From an uncultured Candidatus Rokubacteria bacterium (GTDB lineage: Bacteria; Methylomirabilota; Methylomirabilia; Rokubacteriales; CSP1-6), in the NCBI GenBank assembly GCA_963758635.1, contig CAVWWD010000003.1:256001-320000 (forward strand): 64,000 nucleotides of DNA. The letters are read 5' to 3'. Shown piece after piece: positions 54,098 to 64,000 of the stretch; the first letter of the stretch is position 1; every line of letters starts with the position of its first letter. The notes beneath the pieces were generated by a model. The model was not told the origin of the DNA and searched no databases. It saw nothing but the letters and a program-made list of their open reading frames with translations. A program made the position numbers and the translations under genes.

Positions 54098-54932
54098 CCC
54101 GCTGGGTCCTCGTCAGCCTCGCCCTCGTCGCCGTCGCCGCCCTCGTGGGCCCGCCCGCCTCGGCGGGCCGTCCGGTCGTCCGTGGCCGCCCATCGCGGAG
54201 GGGCGCTCCTCTGGCCGGAGAACAGCCGGCTCGCCTTCGAGAGCGCGGTGAAGCTCGGCGCGGACTTCCTCGAGCTCGACGTGCACCTCTCGCGCGACGG
54301 CGAGGTGATGGTGATCCACGACCCGACGCTCGAGCGGACGACGACGGGCACGGGCCCCGTGCGCGAGCGCACCGCGGCCGAGCTGCGGGCCCTCCACCTC
54401 AAGGACCAGGCCGGCGCGGTGACACGGGAGGTCGTGCCCACGCTCGACGAGGTGGTCCAGGTCGCGGCGCGCGGCCGCCGGCAGCTCCTCCTCGAGATCA
54501 AGGTGGACGACCGGCGGCAGCGGTACCCGGAGATCGAGGAGAAGACGCTGGCCGTGCTGGACCGCCACGGCATGGGGCCGTCCACGATCGTGATGGCCTT
54601 CGAGGCCGAGACCTGGCGGCGGATGCGCGAGCTCCGCCCCGGGCAGCGCGCGGGGGCGCTCTACTCGGGGCGCACCCTCGCCGCGCTCGCCTCCGACGCC
54701 CCGCGCGAGATGGAGGCGGCCCACAAGGCCGGCGTGGCGTTCGTCGGCCTCCAGCACGCGCTGGTGACGCCGGCCACCGTGGCCCTCGCGCGGCGGCTCG
54801 GCCTCACGCTGGGGGCCTGGACGGTGAACGACGCGCCGGGGATCGAGCGCGTGATCCAGCTCGGCGCCGACGTGGTGATCTCCGACCGCCCTGACCTTGC
54901 CGTTGCGCACACGCGGGAGGAAAACCGAATGA
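54094..54932 (+). CDS. ugpQ: Glycerophosphodiester phosphodiesterase with N-terminal signal/TM (probable indels near 54180 and near the 3' end)
   Basis: AHRG, PENS, ELDVH, HD, LEIK, WTVN and ISDRP motifs. Confidence 0.85.
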
Positions 54933-56056
54933 GACGGTTCACGATCGCGACGCTGCTCGTCGCCGCCCTGGTGGCGGCGCTTGCCCTGGTCCCGGTGGAG
55001 GCGCAGGCCCCCATCGAGAGCGAGCTGGCCCTGATCACGCCGGTGTCGAAGTTCATCCACGACGCCGCGCTCAAAGCCTTCGCGGACTACGCGAAGGAGC
55101 GGTGGGGCGTGACCGTGAAGGTGAACGCGATCCCCGCGGGCACCCCGGTGGCCTACGGGCGCATCACGGAGTGGAAGGGCAAGCCGGACGTGGACATCTT
55201 CTGGGGCGGGGAGTCGGCGCTGTTCGAGAAGCTCGCCGAGCAGAAGCTCCTGCAGAAGGTCGAGATCTCGAAGGAGGCGTGGGAGTCGATCCCCGCGTCC
55301 ATCGGCAAGCCCAAGCCCATCCCGCTGAAGGACAAGGACGGGTACTGGGTGGGCACGGCGCTCGAGCCCTACGGGCTCGTCTACCATCCCCGGCGGCTCC
55401 AGCGCCTCGGCGTGCCGGAGCCGAAGGACTGGGAGGACCTGCTGCACCCCAAGCTCAAGGGCGAGGTCGCCCAGTGCGCGCCCACGCGCTCCTCGTCGTC
55501 GAACGCCACCTACGAGGTCATGCTCTCCGTGCACGGCGAGGAGAAGGGCTGGGACTGGCTCCGGCGCCTCGCCGGCAACACCGGGCACTTCACCGCGCGG
55601 AGCCGCGACGTGCCGACGGTGGTGGCCAAGGGGGAGTTCGCCGCGGGCTTCGCCGTGCCCTCGTACATGGCGTTCGAGGAGAAGCTCGCCGGGTTCGACA
55701 TCAAGTTCGTGGCGCCGAGGAACTCCTTCGTGACGCCGGAGCCGATGGCCATCCTCGCCGGGGCCCGCAACCCGAAGGCGGCGCGCGCCTTCATCGAGTT
55801 CCTGCTCACCGAGCGCGGCCAGCGGGTGTTCATGGAGCGCGGCCTCTTCCCCATCACCCCGAAGTACAAGGTGCAGGGGCCGGCCGGCTCCACCGCCGAG
55901 CTTGCCGTGCAGTTCACCGGGGGCGTTCGCTCGTACTTCGATCAGGAGGTCGCCAACGTCTACGACGAGGACGTGGCGACCAAGCGCTCCGAGGCGCTGA
56001 AGACGAAGTTCCGCTCCGACATCGAGGCGAAGTGGGAGGAGCTGAAGAAGAAGTAG
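54929..56056 (+). CDS. ABC transporter substrate-binding protein (Fe3+/thiamine/AEP-like family)
   Basis: Own GGAGG RBS and signal peptide; DIFWGG and PKDWEDLLHPKLKG motifs. Confidence 0.85.
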   Translation: MRRFTIATLLVAALVAALALVPVEAQAPIESELALITPVSKFIHDAALKAFADYAKERWGVTVKVNAIPAGTPVAYGRITEWKGKPDVDIFWGGESALFEKLAEQKLLQKVEISKEAWESIPASIGKPKPIPLKDKDGYWVGTALEPYGLVYHPRRLQRLGVPEPKDWEDLLHPKLKGEVAQCAPTRSSSSNATYEVMLSVHGEEKGWDWLRRLAGNTGHFTARSRDVPTVVAKGEFAAGFAVPSYMAFEEKLAGFDIKFVAPRNSFVTPEPMAILAGARNPKAARAFIEFLLTERGQRVFMERGLFPITPKYKVQGPAGSTAELAVQFTGGVRSYFDQEVANVYDEDVATKRSEALKTKFRSDIEAKWEELKKK

Positions 56057-56087
56057 TGGCGGCCGCCGCCGCGCCGGGGCCGGCCTG

Positions 56088-57161
56088 ATGGACATCACCG
56101 TGGCCGCGGTCACCAAGCGCTTCGGCGCGGTCACCGCGGTGGACGCGGCCGACCTCGTCGTGGGCGACGGCGAGCTGTTCACGCTCCTCGGGCCCTCGGG
56201 CTGCGGCAAGACCACGCTCTTGCGGCTCCTCGCCGGCTTCTACCAGCCCGACGCCGGATCGATCCGCTTCGGCGAGCGCGTGGTGAGCGGGCTGCCGCCG
56301 TACGAGCGCAACATCGGCATGGTGTTCCAGAACTACGCGCTCTGGCCCCACATGACGGTGGCGGGCAACGTCTCGTACGGCCTCCGGCTCCGGCGCCTGC
56401 CCGCCGCGGAGATCGCGGCGCGCATGGACGAGGGGCTCCGCAAGGTGAACCTGGGCGGCTTCGAGGGGCGCTACCCCGGGCAGCTCTCGGGCGGCCAGCA
56501 GCAGCGGGTCGCCCTCGCCCGCGCCCTCGTGCTGAACCCGGACATCCTGCTCCTCGACGAGCCGCTCTCCAACCTCGACGCGAAGATCCGGGTCCAGGTG
56601 CGCGCGGAGATCCGGAAGCTCCAGCGCGAGCTGGGCATCACGACCGTGTACGTGACCCACGACCAGGAGGAGGCCCTGTCGCTCTCCGACCGGGTCGCCG
56701 TCATGCGGGACGGCAAGGTGCTCCAGATCGGCGTCCCGCGGGAGCTCTACGAGCGTCCGCGCACGCGCTTCGTCGCCGACTTCGTGGGGACCAACAACCT
56801 CCTGCCCGGCCGCGTGGCCGAGCGGCGGAACGGCGCGCTCACGGTGGACACCGAGCTGGGGCGTCTCGAGGCCATCGCGGGCGGCGACACCGCGTCGGGG
56901 CGATGCGTCCTCGCCATCCGCCCGGAGAACGTCCGGATCGCCCCCGATGGGGGGCCGCCCGCCGGAGGCAACCGCGTCGCCGGACGCGTGGCTCTCGTCT
57001 CGTACCTCGGCAACACGCTGCGGTACGACGTGGAGACCGATCGCGGACCGGTGATCAAGGCGGACATCCGGGACCCGTGGCACCACGACCCGCTCCCGCC
57101 GGGCCGTCCGGTCGAGGTCAGCTTCCCCGCCTCCGTCACCCTCGCCATCGCCGACGACTGA
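56088..57161 (+). CDS. ABC transporter ATP-binding protein (FbpC/PotA-like, TOBE domain)
   Basis: GPSGCGKT, LSGGQQQR and LLDEP motifs. Confidence 0.93.
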   Translation: MDITVAAVTKRFGAVTAVDAADLVVGDGELFTLLGPSGCGKTTLLRLLAGFYQPDAGSIRFGERVVSGLPPYERNIGMVFQNYALWPHMTVAGNVSYGLRLRRLPAAEIAARMDEGLRKVNLGGFEGRYPGQLSGGQQQRVALARALVLNPDILLLDEPLSNLDAKIRVQVRAEIRKLQRELGITTVYVTHDQEEALSLSDRVAVMRDGKVLQIGVPRELYERPRTRFVADFVGTNNLLPGRVAERRNGALTVDTELGRLEAIAGGDTASGRCVLAIRPENVRIAPDGGPPAGGNRVAGRVALVSYLGNTLRYDVETDRGPVIKADIRDPWHHDPLPPGRPVEVSFPASVTLAIADD

Positions 57162-57170
57162 GGCGACCGC

Positions 57171-58961
57171 GTGACGCCCCCGAGCCGATGTCGCAAGGTG
57201 CGGGCGGGCGAAGGGAGCCCGGGTGCCCGCACCTGGAATCAGGGCGGGCAAGCCCGGGCGCCCGCAGTCGGAATCGCCCGGGGCGCCCGCGCCTGGTATC
57301 CGCGCGTGGGGTTCTGGATCGGGGTGGCGGCGATCTGGGCCTTCCTGCTCCTGTTCCTCGTCTACCCGCTCTGCCGCATCTTCTACGACGCGGTGACCGA
57401 CGGCGCCGGGCGGTTCACCCTCGCCAACTTCCACGACTTCTTCACCGACGCGTTCTACCTGCGCTCGCTCTGGAACTCGCTCGTCCTGGGCGTGGCCACC
57501 GTCGTCACCAGCTCGATCCTGGGCATCGCCGTCGCCTTCCTCCTCGTGCGCTTCGACTTCCGGGGCCGCGCGCTCTTCAGCTACCTGACGATCATCCCGA
57601 TCATCTCGCCGCCGCTGGTCGGCGTGCTCGGCTTCACGTTCATCCTCGGGCGGGCGGGCACGGTGAACGTGCTCCTGATGGACTGGCTGGACATGCTGAA
57701 GCCGATCAACTTCCTGTACGGGGTCCACGGCGTGGTGCTGGTGGAGACGCTCCACCTCTTCCCGATGATCACGCTCAACGTGGTCGACGCCCTCGGCAAG
57801 ATCGACCCGTCGCTCGAGGAAGCGGCGGAGAGCGTGGGCGCGCGCGGCTGGCGGAAGCTCTGGACGGTGACGCTCCCGCTGACCACGCCGGGCTACGTGG
57901 CGGGGGCCCTCCTGGTCTTCATCTGGACCTTCTCCGACTTCGCGACGCCGCTCGTGCTCGGCGTCCAGGATCTGCTCGCCGCCCAGGCCTACCTGAACAT
58001 CGTGCAGTTCGTGGACAAGCGCATCTTCCGGATGGGCATCGTGATCTCGGCGCTGATGGTGGCGCTCGCCGTGCTGTTCCTGCTCGCCGCCCGCCACTAC
58101 GTGAGCCTCAAGGACTACTCGTCGCTGTCCTACTCGCGCATCGCGCGGCGGCGCCTCACCGGCGCGCGACAGGCGCTCGCCGTGGCCTTCCTGTCCGCGG
58201 TGCTGCTGTTCTCGTTCATCCCCTACGTGGGCGTGGCGCTGGCGTCGGTCGGCAAGGGCTGGTCGCTGACGCCGCTGCCCGTGGCCTACACGCTGCAGTA
58301 CTACGAGCGGGTCATCGTGGAGACGCCGAAGTACATCCTGAACAGCCTGCTCTACTCCGGCATCGCGGTGGCCCTGTGTATCGGCGTCGGCGTGCCGATC
58401 GCGTGGCTCCTCGGGCGCTCGACGGTGCCGGGGCGCGGCGCGCTCGACGCGCTCAACACGCTGATCCTCGCCATCCCCGGCACCGCGATCGGCATCGCCT
58501 ACATCCGCGCCTTCCACTTCGACCTGCCCGGGTTCGACCGGGGGCTCACGTCGTTCTGGATCGTCATGCCGCTGGTGCTGGCCGTCCGGCGGCTCCCGTA
58601 CACCGTGCGGGGGTCCTACGCGTCGCTCCTCCTCGTGCACCCCTCCATGGAGGAGGCGGCGGCGAGCGTCGGGGCCACCGGGCTGCGCTCGTTCCGGGAC
58701 ATCACGCTGCCCATGATCTGGAAGGGCGTGCTGGTCGGGAGCCTCTTCTCGTTCATGACCTCGCTCCAGGAGGCCTCCGCGGTGCTCTTCCTCGCGCTCG
58801 GCGGCTGGGAATCGATCACCAACGGGATCTTCGCCTTCTACATCGCGGGCAGCGCCAACGAGGCCGCGGCCCTCGGCGTGATCCTGATCGTGGTCGCGGC
58901 GTGCGCCACCATCGTCATCAACCGCGTGGCCGGCACTCGCATGGGGGGCGTGTTTGGCTAG
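57171..58961 (+). CDS. ABC transporter fused double permease (FbpB-like)
   Basis: Two EEAA loops and many TM segments; start uncertain because the N-terminus overlaps repeat family F. Confidence 0.88.
   Translation: MTPPSRCRKVRAGEGSPGARTWNQGGQARAPAVGIARGARAWYPRVGFWIGVAAIWAFLLLFLVYPLCRIFYDAVTDGAGRFTLANFHDFFTDAFYLRSLWNSLVLGVATVVTSSILGIAVAFLLVRFDFRGRALFSYLTIIPIISPPLVGVLGFTFILGRAGTVNVLLMDWLDMLKPINFLYGVHGVVLVETLHLFPMITLNVVDALGKIDPSLEEAAESVGARGWRKLWTVTLPLTTPGYVAGALLVFIWTFSDFATPLVLGVQDLLAAQAYLNIVQFVDKRIFRMGIVISALMVALAVLFLLAARHYVSLKDYSSLSYSRIARRRLTGARQALAVAFLSAVLLFSFIPYVGVALASVGKGWSLTPLPVAYTLQYYERVIVETPKYILNSLLYSGIAVALCIGVGVPIAWLLGRSTVPGRGALDALNTLILAIPGTAIGIAYIRAFHFDLPGFDRGLTSFWIVMPLVLAVRRLPYTVRGSYASLLLVHPSMEEAAASVGATGLRSFRDITLPMIWKGVLVGSLFSFMTSLQEASAVLFLALGGWESITNGIFAFYIAGSANEAAALGVILIVVAACATIVINRVAGTRMGGVFG
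57190..57300 (+). repeat. Family F palindromic repeat cluster
   Basis: GTCGCAAGGTGCGGGCGGGCGAAG...CCCGGG.GCCCGCACCTGGAA plus two degenerate sub-copies; homologous to 61724-61830. Confidence 0.75.
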
Positions 58962-58965
58962 CCTG

Positions 58966-59045
58966 CCTTGCGAAGCGAGCCGGCATGCTTTGCGGAGCGA
59001 GCCGAAGGCGAGCGGAGCGCATATGGAAATGAAGTGGAAACAACC
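58966..59045 (+). repeat. Intergenic repeat family A copy
   Basis: TGCGGAGCGAGCCGAAGGCGAGCGGAGCGCATATGGAAATGAAGTGGAAACAACC with a partial head duplication. Confidence 0.85.
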
Positions 59046-59102
59046 GCCAACCGTCCCCGGTGGCCCTCAACAAACCCTTGGAAACAAAAGTCTTGTCCGC
59101 CC

Positions 59103-59143
59103 TTGTGGAGCCCTGGAGCCTGTGCTAGTGTTCGGATTCACAT
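59103..59143 (+). promoter_or_regulatory. Putative atp promoter with overlapping Rex-like box
   Basis: TTGTGG-N17-TAGTGT with TG extension; TAGTGTTCGGATTCACAT partly matches TTGTGAA-N4-TTCACAA. Confidence 0.4.
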
Positions 59144-59188
59144 GGAGCCGGAAGCGGCTCCCGTCTGCAAGGTGGAAGAGCCTCGAGC

Positions 59189-59416
59189 ATGAAGGAACCG
59201 TCGGCCTGGCGCGCGCTCGGGGCCCTCGCCACGGTCGGGTTGACGTTCGTCGTCGCCACGGCCGGGGCGACCCTCGCCGGGTACTTCGCGGACAGGTGGC
59301 TGGGCTCGTCACCGTGGCTCACCCTGGCCGGCCTGGCCGTGGGGATCGCCGCAGGGTTTCGCAACCTCTTCCGTTCGATCAAGCAGGTGGAAGGACAGGA
59401 GCGCGATGGACTGTGA
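59189..59416 (+). CDS. atpZ: AtpZ/AtpI-family (ATPase_gene1) protein
   Basis: GYFADRWLGSSPW...GIAAGFRNL; first gene of the atp cluster. Confidence 0.85.
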   Translation: MKEPSAWRALGALATVGLTFVVATAGATLAGYFADRWLGSSPWLTLAGLAVGIAAGFRNLFRSIKQVEGQERDGL

Positions 59417-59774
59417 CCTGGTCAGGCGCGTGACGAGCCTCACCGCGATCGTCGCGGTGGCCGCCGCGAGCCTCGCCGCGATCATCGCCGGAGGCGCGGG
59501 CGCGCTCGGCGTGGGCGCGGGCGCTGGCGTCGGGCTGGCGAGCTTCCGCTGGATCGCCCGCGGGGCCCGGCGGGCCGCGGTGGTCTTCGCCGGGGGCCGG
59601 CCGGGCGCGCTGTGGATGCTCGGCCTCGGGCTCCGCCACCTCGTGCTCTTCGGGGTCATCGCGGCCTGCCTGGCCAGTGGCGCCGCGCATCCGCTGGGGG
59701 TCGTCGCCGGCCTGTCGCTGCTGCCCCCTGTTCTCATCTTCTCGGGCCTTGTCGCGGCCGGGCGCGCCGCATAG
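59406..59774 (+). CDS. atpI: ATP synthase protein I
   Basis: Small hydrophobic four-TM ORF between atpZ and atpB. Confidence 0.7.
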   Translation: MDCDLVRRVTSLTAIVAVAAASLAAIIAGGAGALGVGAGAGVGLASFRWIARGARRAAVVFAGGRPGALWMLGLGLRHLVLFGVIAACLASGAAHPLGVVAGLSLLPPVLIFSGLVAAGRAA

Positions 59775-59784
59775 CGAGCCGCGC

Positions 59785-60546
59785 ATGGACGCGATCGAGC
59801 ATCCACCGATCCTGAGCCTGGCCCCGCTGGGCATCCCTGATCACGTCTTCTACACGTGGCTGGTGATGGGCGTCCTCGTGGTGCTTTCGGTGGTGGCGAG
59901 CCGCAACATGGCGCTCGTCCCTCGCGGCACCCAGAACTTCATGGAGGTCGTGCTCGAGCAGTTCCTCACCCTGCTCGACGACGTGATCGGCCACGGCGGC
60001 CGGCGCTTCCTGCCCCTCATCGCCACCCTCGGGCTCTTCATCCTCGTGTCGAACCTGATGGGCCTCATCCCGGGGATGGTCGCTCCGACCGGCAACCTCA
60101 ACACCACCGCGGCGTGCGCGCTGATCGTGTTCTTCTACTACCACTACGTCGGGATCCGGACGCAGGGGTTCGTCAACTACCTCAAGCACTTCTGCGGGCC
60201 GGTGCCGGCGCTGGCCCCGCTCATGTTCCCGATCGAGATCGTGAGCCATTTCGCCCGCGCGCTGTCGCTGTCCCTCCGGCTCTTCGGCAACATGGCGGCG
60301 GGCCACATCCTGCTCGCGATCATCTTCCTGCTCACCGGCCTGGACGGTCTGCTCGGCTGGGCGCTGTCGGGCAGCCTCGGCGGGGTCCTCATGGGCATCC
60401 CGGGGGGCGCCATCCTGATCGCCTTCACCACGGGGTTCCTGCTCCCGCTGAAGATCCTCGTCGCCTTCCTCCAGGCCTTCATCTTCTGCATGCTGTCGAT
60501 GCTCTACCTGGCCGGGGCGGTCGAGGAGGCCGAGCACCACCACTGA
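59785..60546 (+). CDS. atpB: F0 ATP synthase subunit a
   Basis: NLMGLIP, LSLRLFGN and LQAFIFCML motifs. Confidence 0.95.
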   Translation: MDAIEHPPILSLAPLGIPDHVFYTWLVMGVLVVLSVVASRNMALVPRGTQNFMEVVLEQFLTLLDDVIGHGGRRFLPLIATLGLFILVSNLMGLIPGMVAPTGNLNTTAACALIVFFYYHYVGIRTQGFVNYLKHFCGPVPALAPLMFPIEIVSHFARALSLSLRLFGNMAAGHILLAIIFLLTGLDGLLGWALSGSLGGVLMGIPGGAILIAFTTGFLLPLKILVAFLQAFIFCMLSMLYLAGAVEEAEHHH

Positions 60547-60599
60547 ACCGCTGCGACGAAATGGCTCCTGGCGTTCACACTCATCAAGGAGGCACGGTC

Positions 60600-60926
60600 G
60601 TGCGACGGACACTGCTGCTGACGCTGCTCACGTGGTCTGTGGTTTCCATCCCGGGGATGGCCTTCGCGGCCGACGCGCCGACGGGCAGCTGGGTCGGGCC
60701 CTTCGCCGTCCTCGCCGCCGGTCTGGGCATGGGCCTGGCATCCGGACTGTGCGGACTGGGGCAGGGCAGGGCGGCGGCGTCCGCGGTCGACGCCATCGCG
60801 CGGCAGCCCGGCGCCGCGGGCCGGATCCAGACGGTGATGATCATCGGGTTGGCCCTCATCGAGTCGCTGGCGCTGTACGTGTTCGTCATCGCCGCGATCC
60901 TGCTCTTCGTCCAGCCGGTGAAGTAG
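60600..60926 (+). CDS. atpE: F0 ATP synthase subunit c with N-terminal extension
   Basis: GLGQG, ARQP and LIESLALY motifs; AAGGAGG RBS. Confidence 0.95.
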   Translation: MRRTLLLTLLTWSVVSIPGMAFAADAPTGSWVGPFAVLAAGLGMGLASGLCGLGQGRAAASAVDAIARQPGAAGRIQTVMIIGLALIESLALYVFVIAAILLFVQPVK

Positions 60927-60940
60927 GCGCCCGGTCGGCC

Positions 60941-60992
60941 CGTCCCTCTCATCGGGGCCGCGACCGAGCCCGATGGGAGGGACGCCTTTTTT
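60941..60992 (+). terminator. Rho-independent terminator after atpE
   Basis: Stem CGTCCCTCTCATCGGG / CCCGATGGGAGGGACG followed by CCTTTTTT. Confidence 0.8.
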
Positions 60993-61028
60993 GACGCGAA
61001 GGGAGACGCGCCGCGTGAGAGCCCGCGC

Positions 61029-61676
61029 ATGACGCCACGCTCGCCGTTCAAGATCCCGAAGATCCCGGAGATGACGGTGCGGCGCCTGTCCGTGTACACG
61101 CGCTGCCTGCAGCAGCTCGAGGAGGACGGGGTCAAGACGGTGTCCTCGCAGGAGCTGGCCGAGCGCTTCAACTTCAACTCGGCGCAGGTGCGCAAGGACC
61201 TCGCGTACTTCGGCGAGTTCGGCGTCCGCGGCATCGGCTACTACGTCTCGGGGCTGAAGGCGGAGCTGCAGAAGATCCTTGGGCTCGACCGGGAGTGGCA
61301 GGTGGCGCTGGTGGGCCTGGGGAACCTGGGGGCGGCCCTGTTCCACTACAAGGGGTTCGCGCGGCAGGGCTTCCGGATCTCCGTCATCTTCGACGACGAT
61401 CCGGCGAAGGTCGGCAAGACGGAGGACGACGTCCCGATCCTGCCGCTCCGCGACCTGGCCCGCGAGGTCAAGGCCCGGAACCTGCAGATCGCCATCGTGG
61501 CCGTTCCCGCCGAGTCGGCGCAGGCGGTGACGACGCAGATCGCGGCGGCGGGGATCAAGGCCGTCCTGAACTTCGCGCCCGGGCGCCTCCGCGCGGCCAA
61601 GGACGTGCGGCTCAAGAACGTGGACCTGTCCATCGAGCTCGAGTCCCTGAGCTTCTACCTCGCCCAGGGACGCTAG
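61029..61676 (+). CDS. rex: Redox-sensing transcriptional repressor Rex
   Basis: RRLSVY, SAQVRKDLAYFGEFG.RG.GY, GLGNLG and LNFAP motifs. Confidence 0.96.
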   Translation: MTPRSPFKIPKIPEMTVRRLSVYTRCLQQLEEDGVKTVSSQELAERFNFNSAQVRKDLAYFGEFGVRGIGYYVSGLKAELQKILGLDREWQVALVGLGNLGAALFHYKGFARQGFRISVIFDDDPAKVGKTEDDVPILPLRDLAREVKARNLQIAIVAVPAESAQAVTTQIAAAGIKAVLNFAPGRLRAAKDVRLKNVDLSIELESLSFYLAQGR

Positions 61677-61723
61677 GGACGCTCGGGGGGGGCGTCGGCC
61701 CGCTCGCCGGCAACGCAACGGGA

Positions 61724-61830
61724 AGGGTCGCAGGGGCCGGCGGGCGAAGCCCGGGCGCCCGCACCTGGCAACCTAAGGAGAGGGTCGCAAGGTGCGGGCG
61801 GGCGAAGCCCGGGCGCCCGCACCTGGAACC
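61724..61830 (+). repeat. Family F palindromic repeat, two tandem copies
   Basis: GGCGGGCGAAGCCCGGGCGCCCGCACCTGG twice; ends directly at the mfd ATG. Confidence 0.8.
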
Positions 61831-64000
61831 ATGACTTCGTTCCGACGCCTCTGGCGCGCTGGGGCGCCTTCGACGAGCTGGCCCGCGCCCTCGCCACGGG
61901 AGACGTCTGCGTCGAGGCCCACGGCCTCTGGGGGTCGGCCCGCGCGTTGACGGTGGCCGGCCTCGCCCGCGCCACCCGGCGTCCGACGCTGGTGGTGGCG
62001 GCGGGTCCCGCGCAGGCTCACGCCCTCGCTCTCGACATCGGCTTCTTCCTCGGCACCCTCGGTGCAGCCCCGGCGCCGCGCGTGCTCGAGTTCCCGCCCG
62101 GTATGGCGTGGCGGGGCGGCCGCCGGTCCGAGCACGACGCCGAGCGCGCGCTCGTCTGCCACCGCCTGCTCGCCGGCGACCCCGCCGTGGTCGTGGCCAC
62201 GGCCGGAGCGCTCTCCGCGGGGGTGCTCGCGCCCGAGACCTTCCGCTCCCGCGCGTTCCGCATCGGCCTCGGTGACACGTTCGAGCGGGACGCCCTCGGC
62301 GCGCGGCTCGAGGCCGCCGGCTACGAGCGCGTGGAGAGCGTCGTGGAGGTGGGGCAATGGAGCGCGCGGGGCGGGATCGTCGACGTCTTCTCGCCCGCGC
62401 GCGACCGTCCCGTCCGCGCGGAGTTCTTCGGCGACGAGGTGGAGTCGCTCCGGCCGTTCGATCCGACGACCCAGCGCTCGGTGGACGAGACCGACGAGAT
62501 CGACATCGTGCCCATCGGCGGCCCCGACGACACGGGAACCCTCGTCGGCTACCTGCCCTCCGCGACGCTCGTCGTGCTCGACGATCCCGCCGAGCTCGAG
62601 GCGCCCCACGAGGACGCGCCGGCCGGCGAGCCGCTCGCCCAGCTCCTGGGCGCGTTCCAGCGGCTCGAGCTGCCGCTCCTGCCCGGCGGGCCGGCGCGGA
62701 CGCGGGTCGCCATGGGCGCCCGGTCCGTCGGCGGGTTCAGCGGCCAGTTCAAGACGCTCGCCGCCGAGGTGCAGAACTGGCGGCTCGAGGGGTTCACGGT
62801 GCGTCTCGTCGTCAACGACGACGCCCAGGCCGGGCGCGTCGGCCGCATCCTGTCCGAGCACGGGCTCGAGGCCTGGCCGGATGCCCAGGCTCTGGAGCGC
62901 GGAGGGGCTCGGCGTGCTCGTCGGCGACTGCGCCACGGGGTTCCAGCTCCCCGCGCTCGGCCTGGTCGTGCTCGCCGAGCAGGAGGTGTTCGGCGCGCGC
63001 CGCCGGCGGCTGCGCCGGCCTGTCTTCGCGCGGGGCGCGGCCATCGCCTCCTATACCGACCTTTCCCCGAGCGACCTCGTGGTGCACGAGTCGCACGGCG
63101 TGGGGCGCTACCACGGCCTGGCCACCCTGGACGTCGAGGGCCGGGCCGCCGACTTCCTGTTGCTGGAGTACGGCGAGGGCGGGCGGCTGTACCTGCCCGT
63201 CGATCGGCTCGACCTGATCTCCAAGTACATGGGGGCGCCCGAGGGCGCGGCCCGCCTCGATCGCCTGGGCGGGTGGCGCCTGGCAGCGGGTCAAGGAGTC
63301 GGTGCGGGCCGCCCTCCGGCAGATGGCCGAGGAGCTCCTGCGCCTGTACGCCGAGCGTTCGGTGGCCGAGCGCGTCCGCCTTCGGCGCCGACTCCGCGTG
63401 GCAGCGGGAGTTCGAGGCCGCCTTCCGCTTCGAGGAGACGCCGGACCAGCTCCGCGCGATCGAGGAGGTCAAGGCCGACCTCGAGCGTCCCCGGCCCATG
63501 GACCGGCTCGTGGCCGGCGACGTGGGCTACGGCAAGACCGAGGTCGCGCTCCGCGCCGCGTTCAAGGTCGTGGGCGAGGGGCGGCAGGTCGCGGTGCTCG
63601 TGCCCACCACCGTCCTCGCCCAGCAGCACTGGAACACCTTCACCGAGCGCTTCGCCCCGTTCCCGGCGCGGGTCGAGCTCCTGTCGCGGTTCCGGAGCCC
63701 GCGCGAGATCAAGGCGGTCATCGGCGGGCTCGCGAGCGGCGCGGTGGACGTGGTGGTGGGGACCCACCGGCTTCTGTCGAAGGACGTTGCGTTCAGGGAC
63801 CTGGGCCTGCTCGTGGTGGACGAGGAGCATCGCTTCGGCGTCACCCACAAGGAGCGCATCAAGCAGCTCCGGGCCAGCGTGGACGTGCTCACGCTGACCG
63901 CCACGCCGATCCCGCGCACCCTGCACATGGCGATGTCCGGCGTGCGCGACCTCACCGTGATCGAGACCCCCCCGCTCGACCGCCTCCCCGTCGAGACCGT
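61831..64000 (+). CDS. mfd: Transcription-repair coupling factor (truncated by window end; several frameshifts)
   Basis: RGGIVDVF, CarD-like [35 protein letters not shown] and TATPIPRTL motifs across frames. Confidence 0.93.

Noticed and set aside
54182..56056. Apparent phosphodiesterase-SBP fusion ORF (624 aa)
   Set aside because: The SBP has its own GGAGG RBS, an ATGA junction and a signal peptide; an indel removing the ugpQ stop is the simpler explanation.

Overview
Very GC-rich bacterial chromosomal window with about 56 coding genes. No rRNA, tRNA, CRISPR array, prophage or intact transposase was recognised. Gene style suggests Candidatus Rokubacteria/Methylomirabilota, but that is inference only. 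In order it holds: a dioxygenase/TRAP catabolic cluster; a UGA-interrupted redoxin with a UxxC motif and SECIS-like hairpin (probable selenoprotein); meaB; a hybrid PAS histidine kinase; a peptidoglycan-recycling cluster (BadF-type kinase, SSS transporter, nagZ, namZ, murQ); a Phd/VapC toxin-antitoxin pair; a type III PKS-methyltransferase-flavoprotein cluster; a stand-alone nuoLMN unit; HAD/glpD; an NRPS-like A-T-TE protein read in frame into a family III CoA-transferase; ugpBAE-ugpQ; an Fe3+-type ABC transporter; atpZ-I-B-E, rex and a truncated mfd. Intergenic space carries at least six families of short palindromic repeats. At two stop/start overlaps, inserted sequence appears to preserve translational coupling. 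About 15 single-base frameshifts, several in housekeeping genes, most likely reflect long-read indel errors, so every fusion or split call needs read-level checking.
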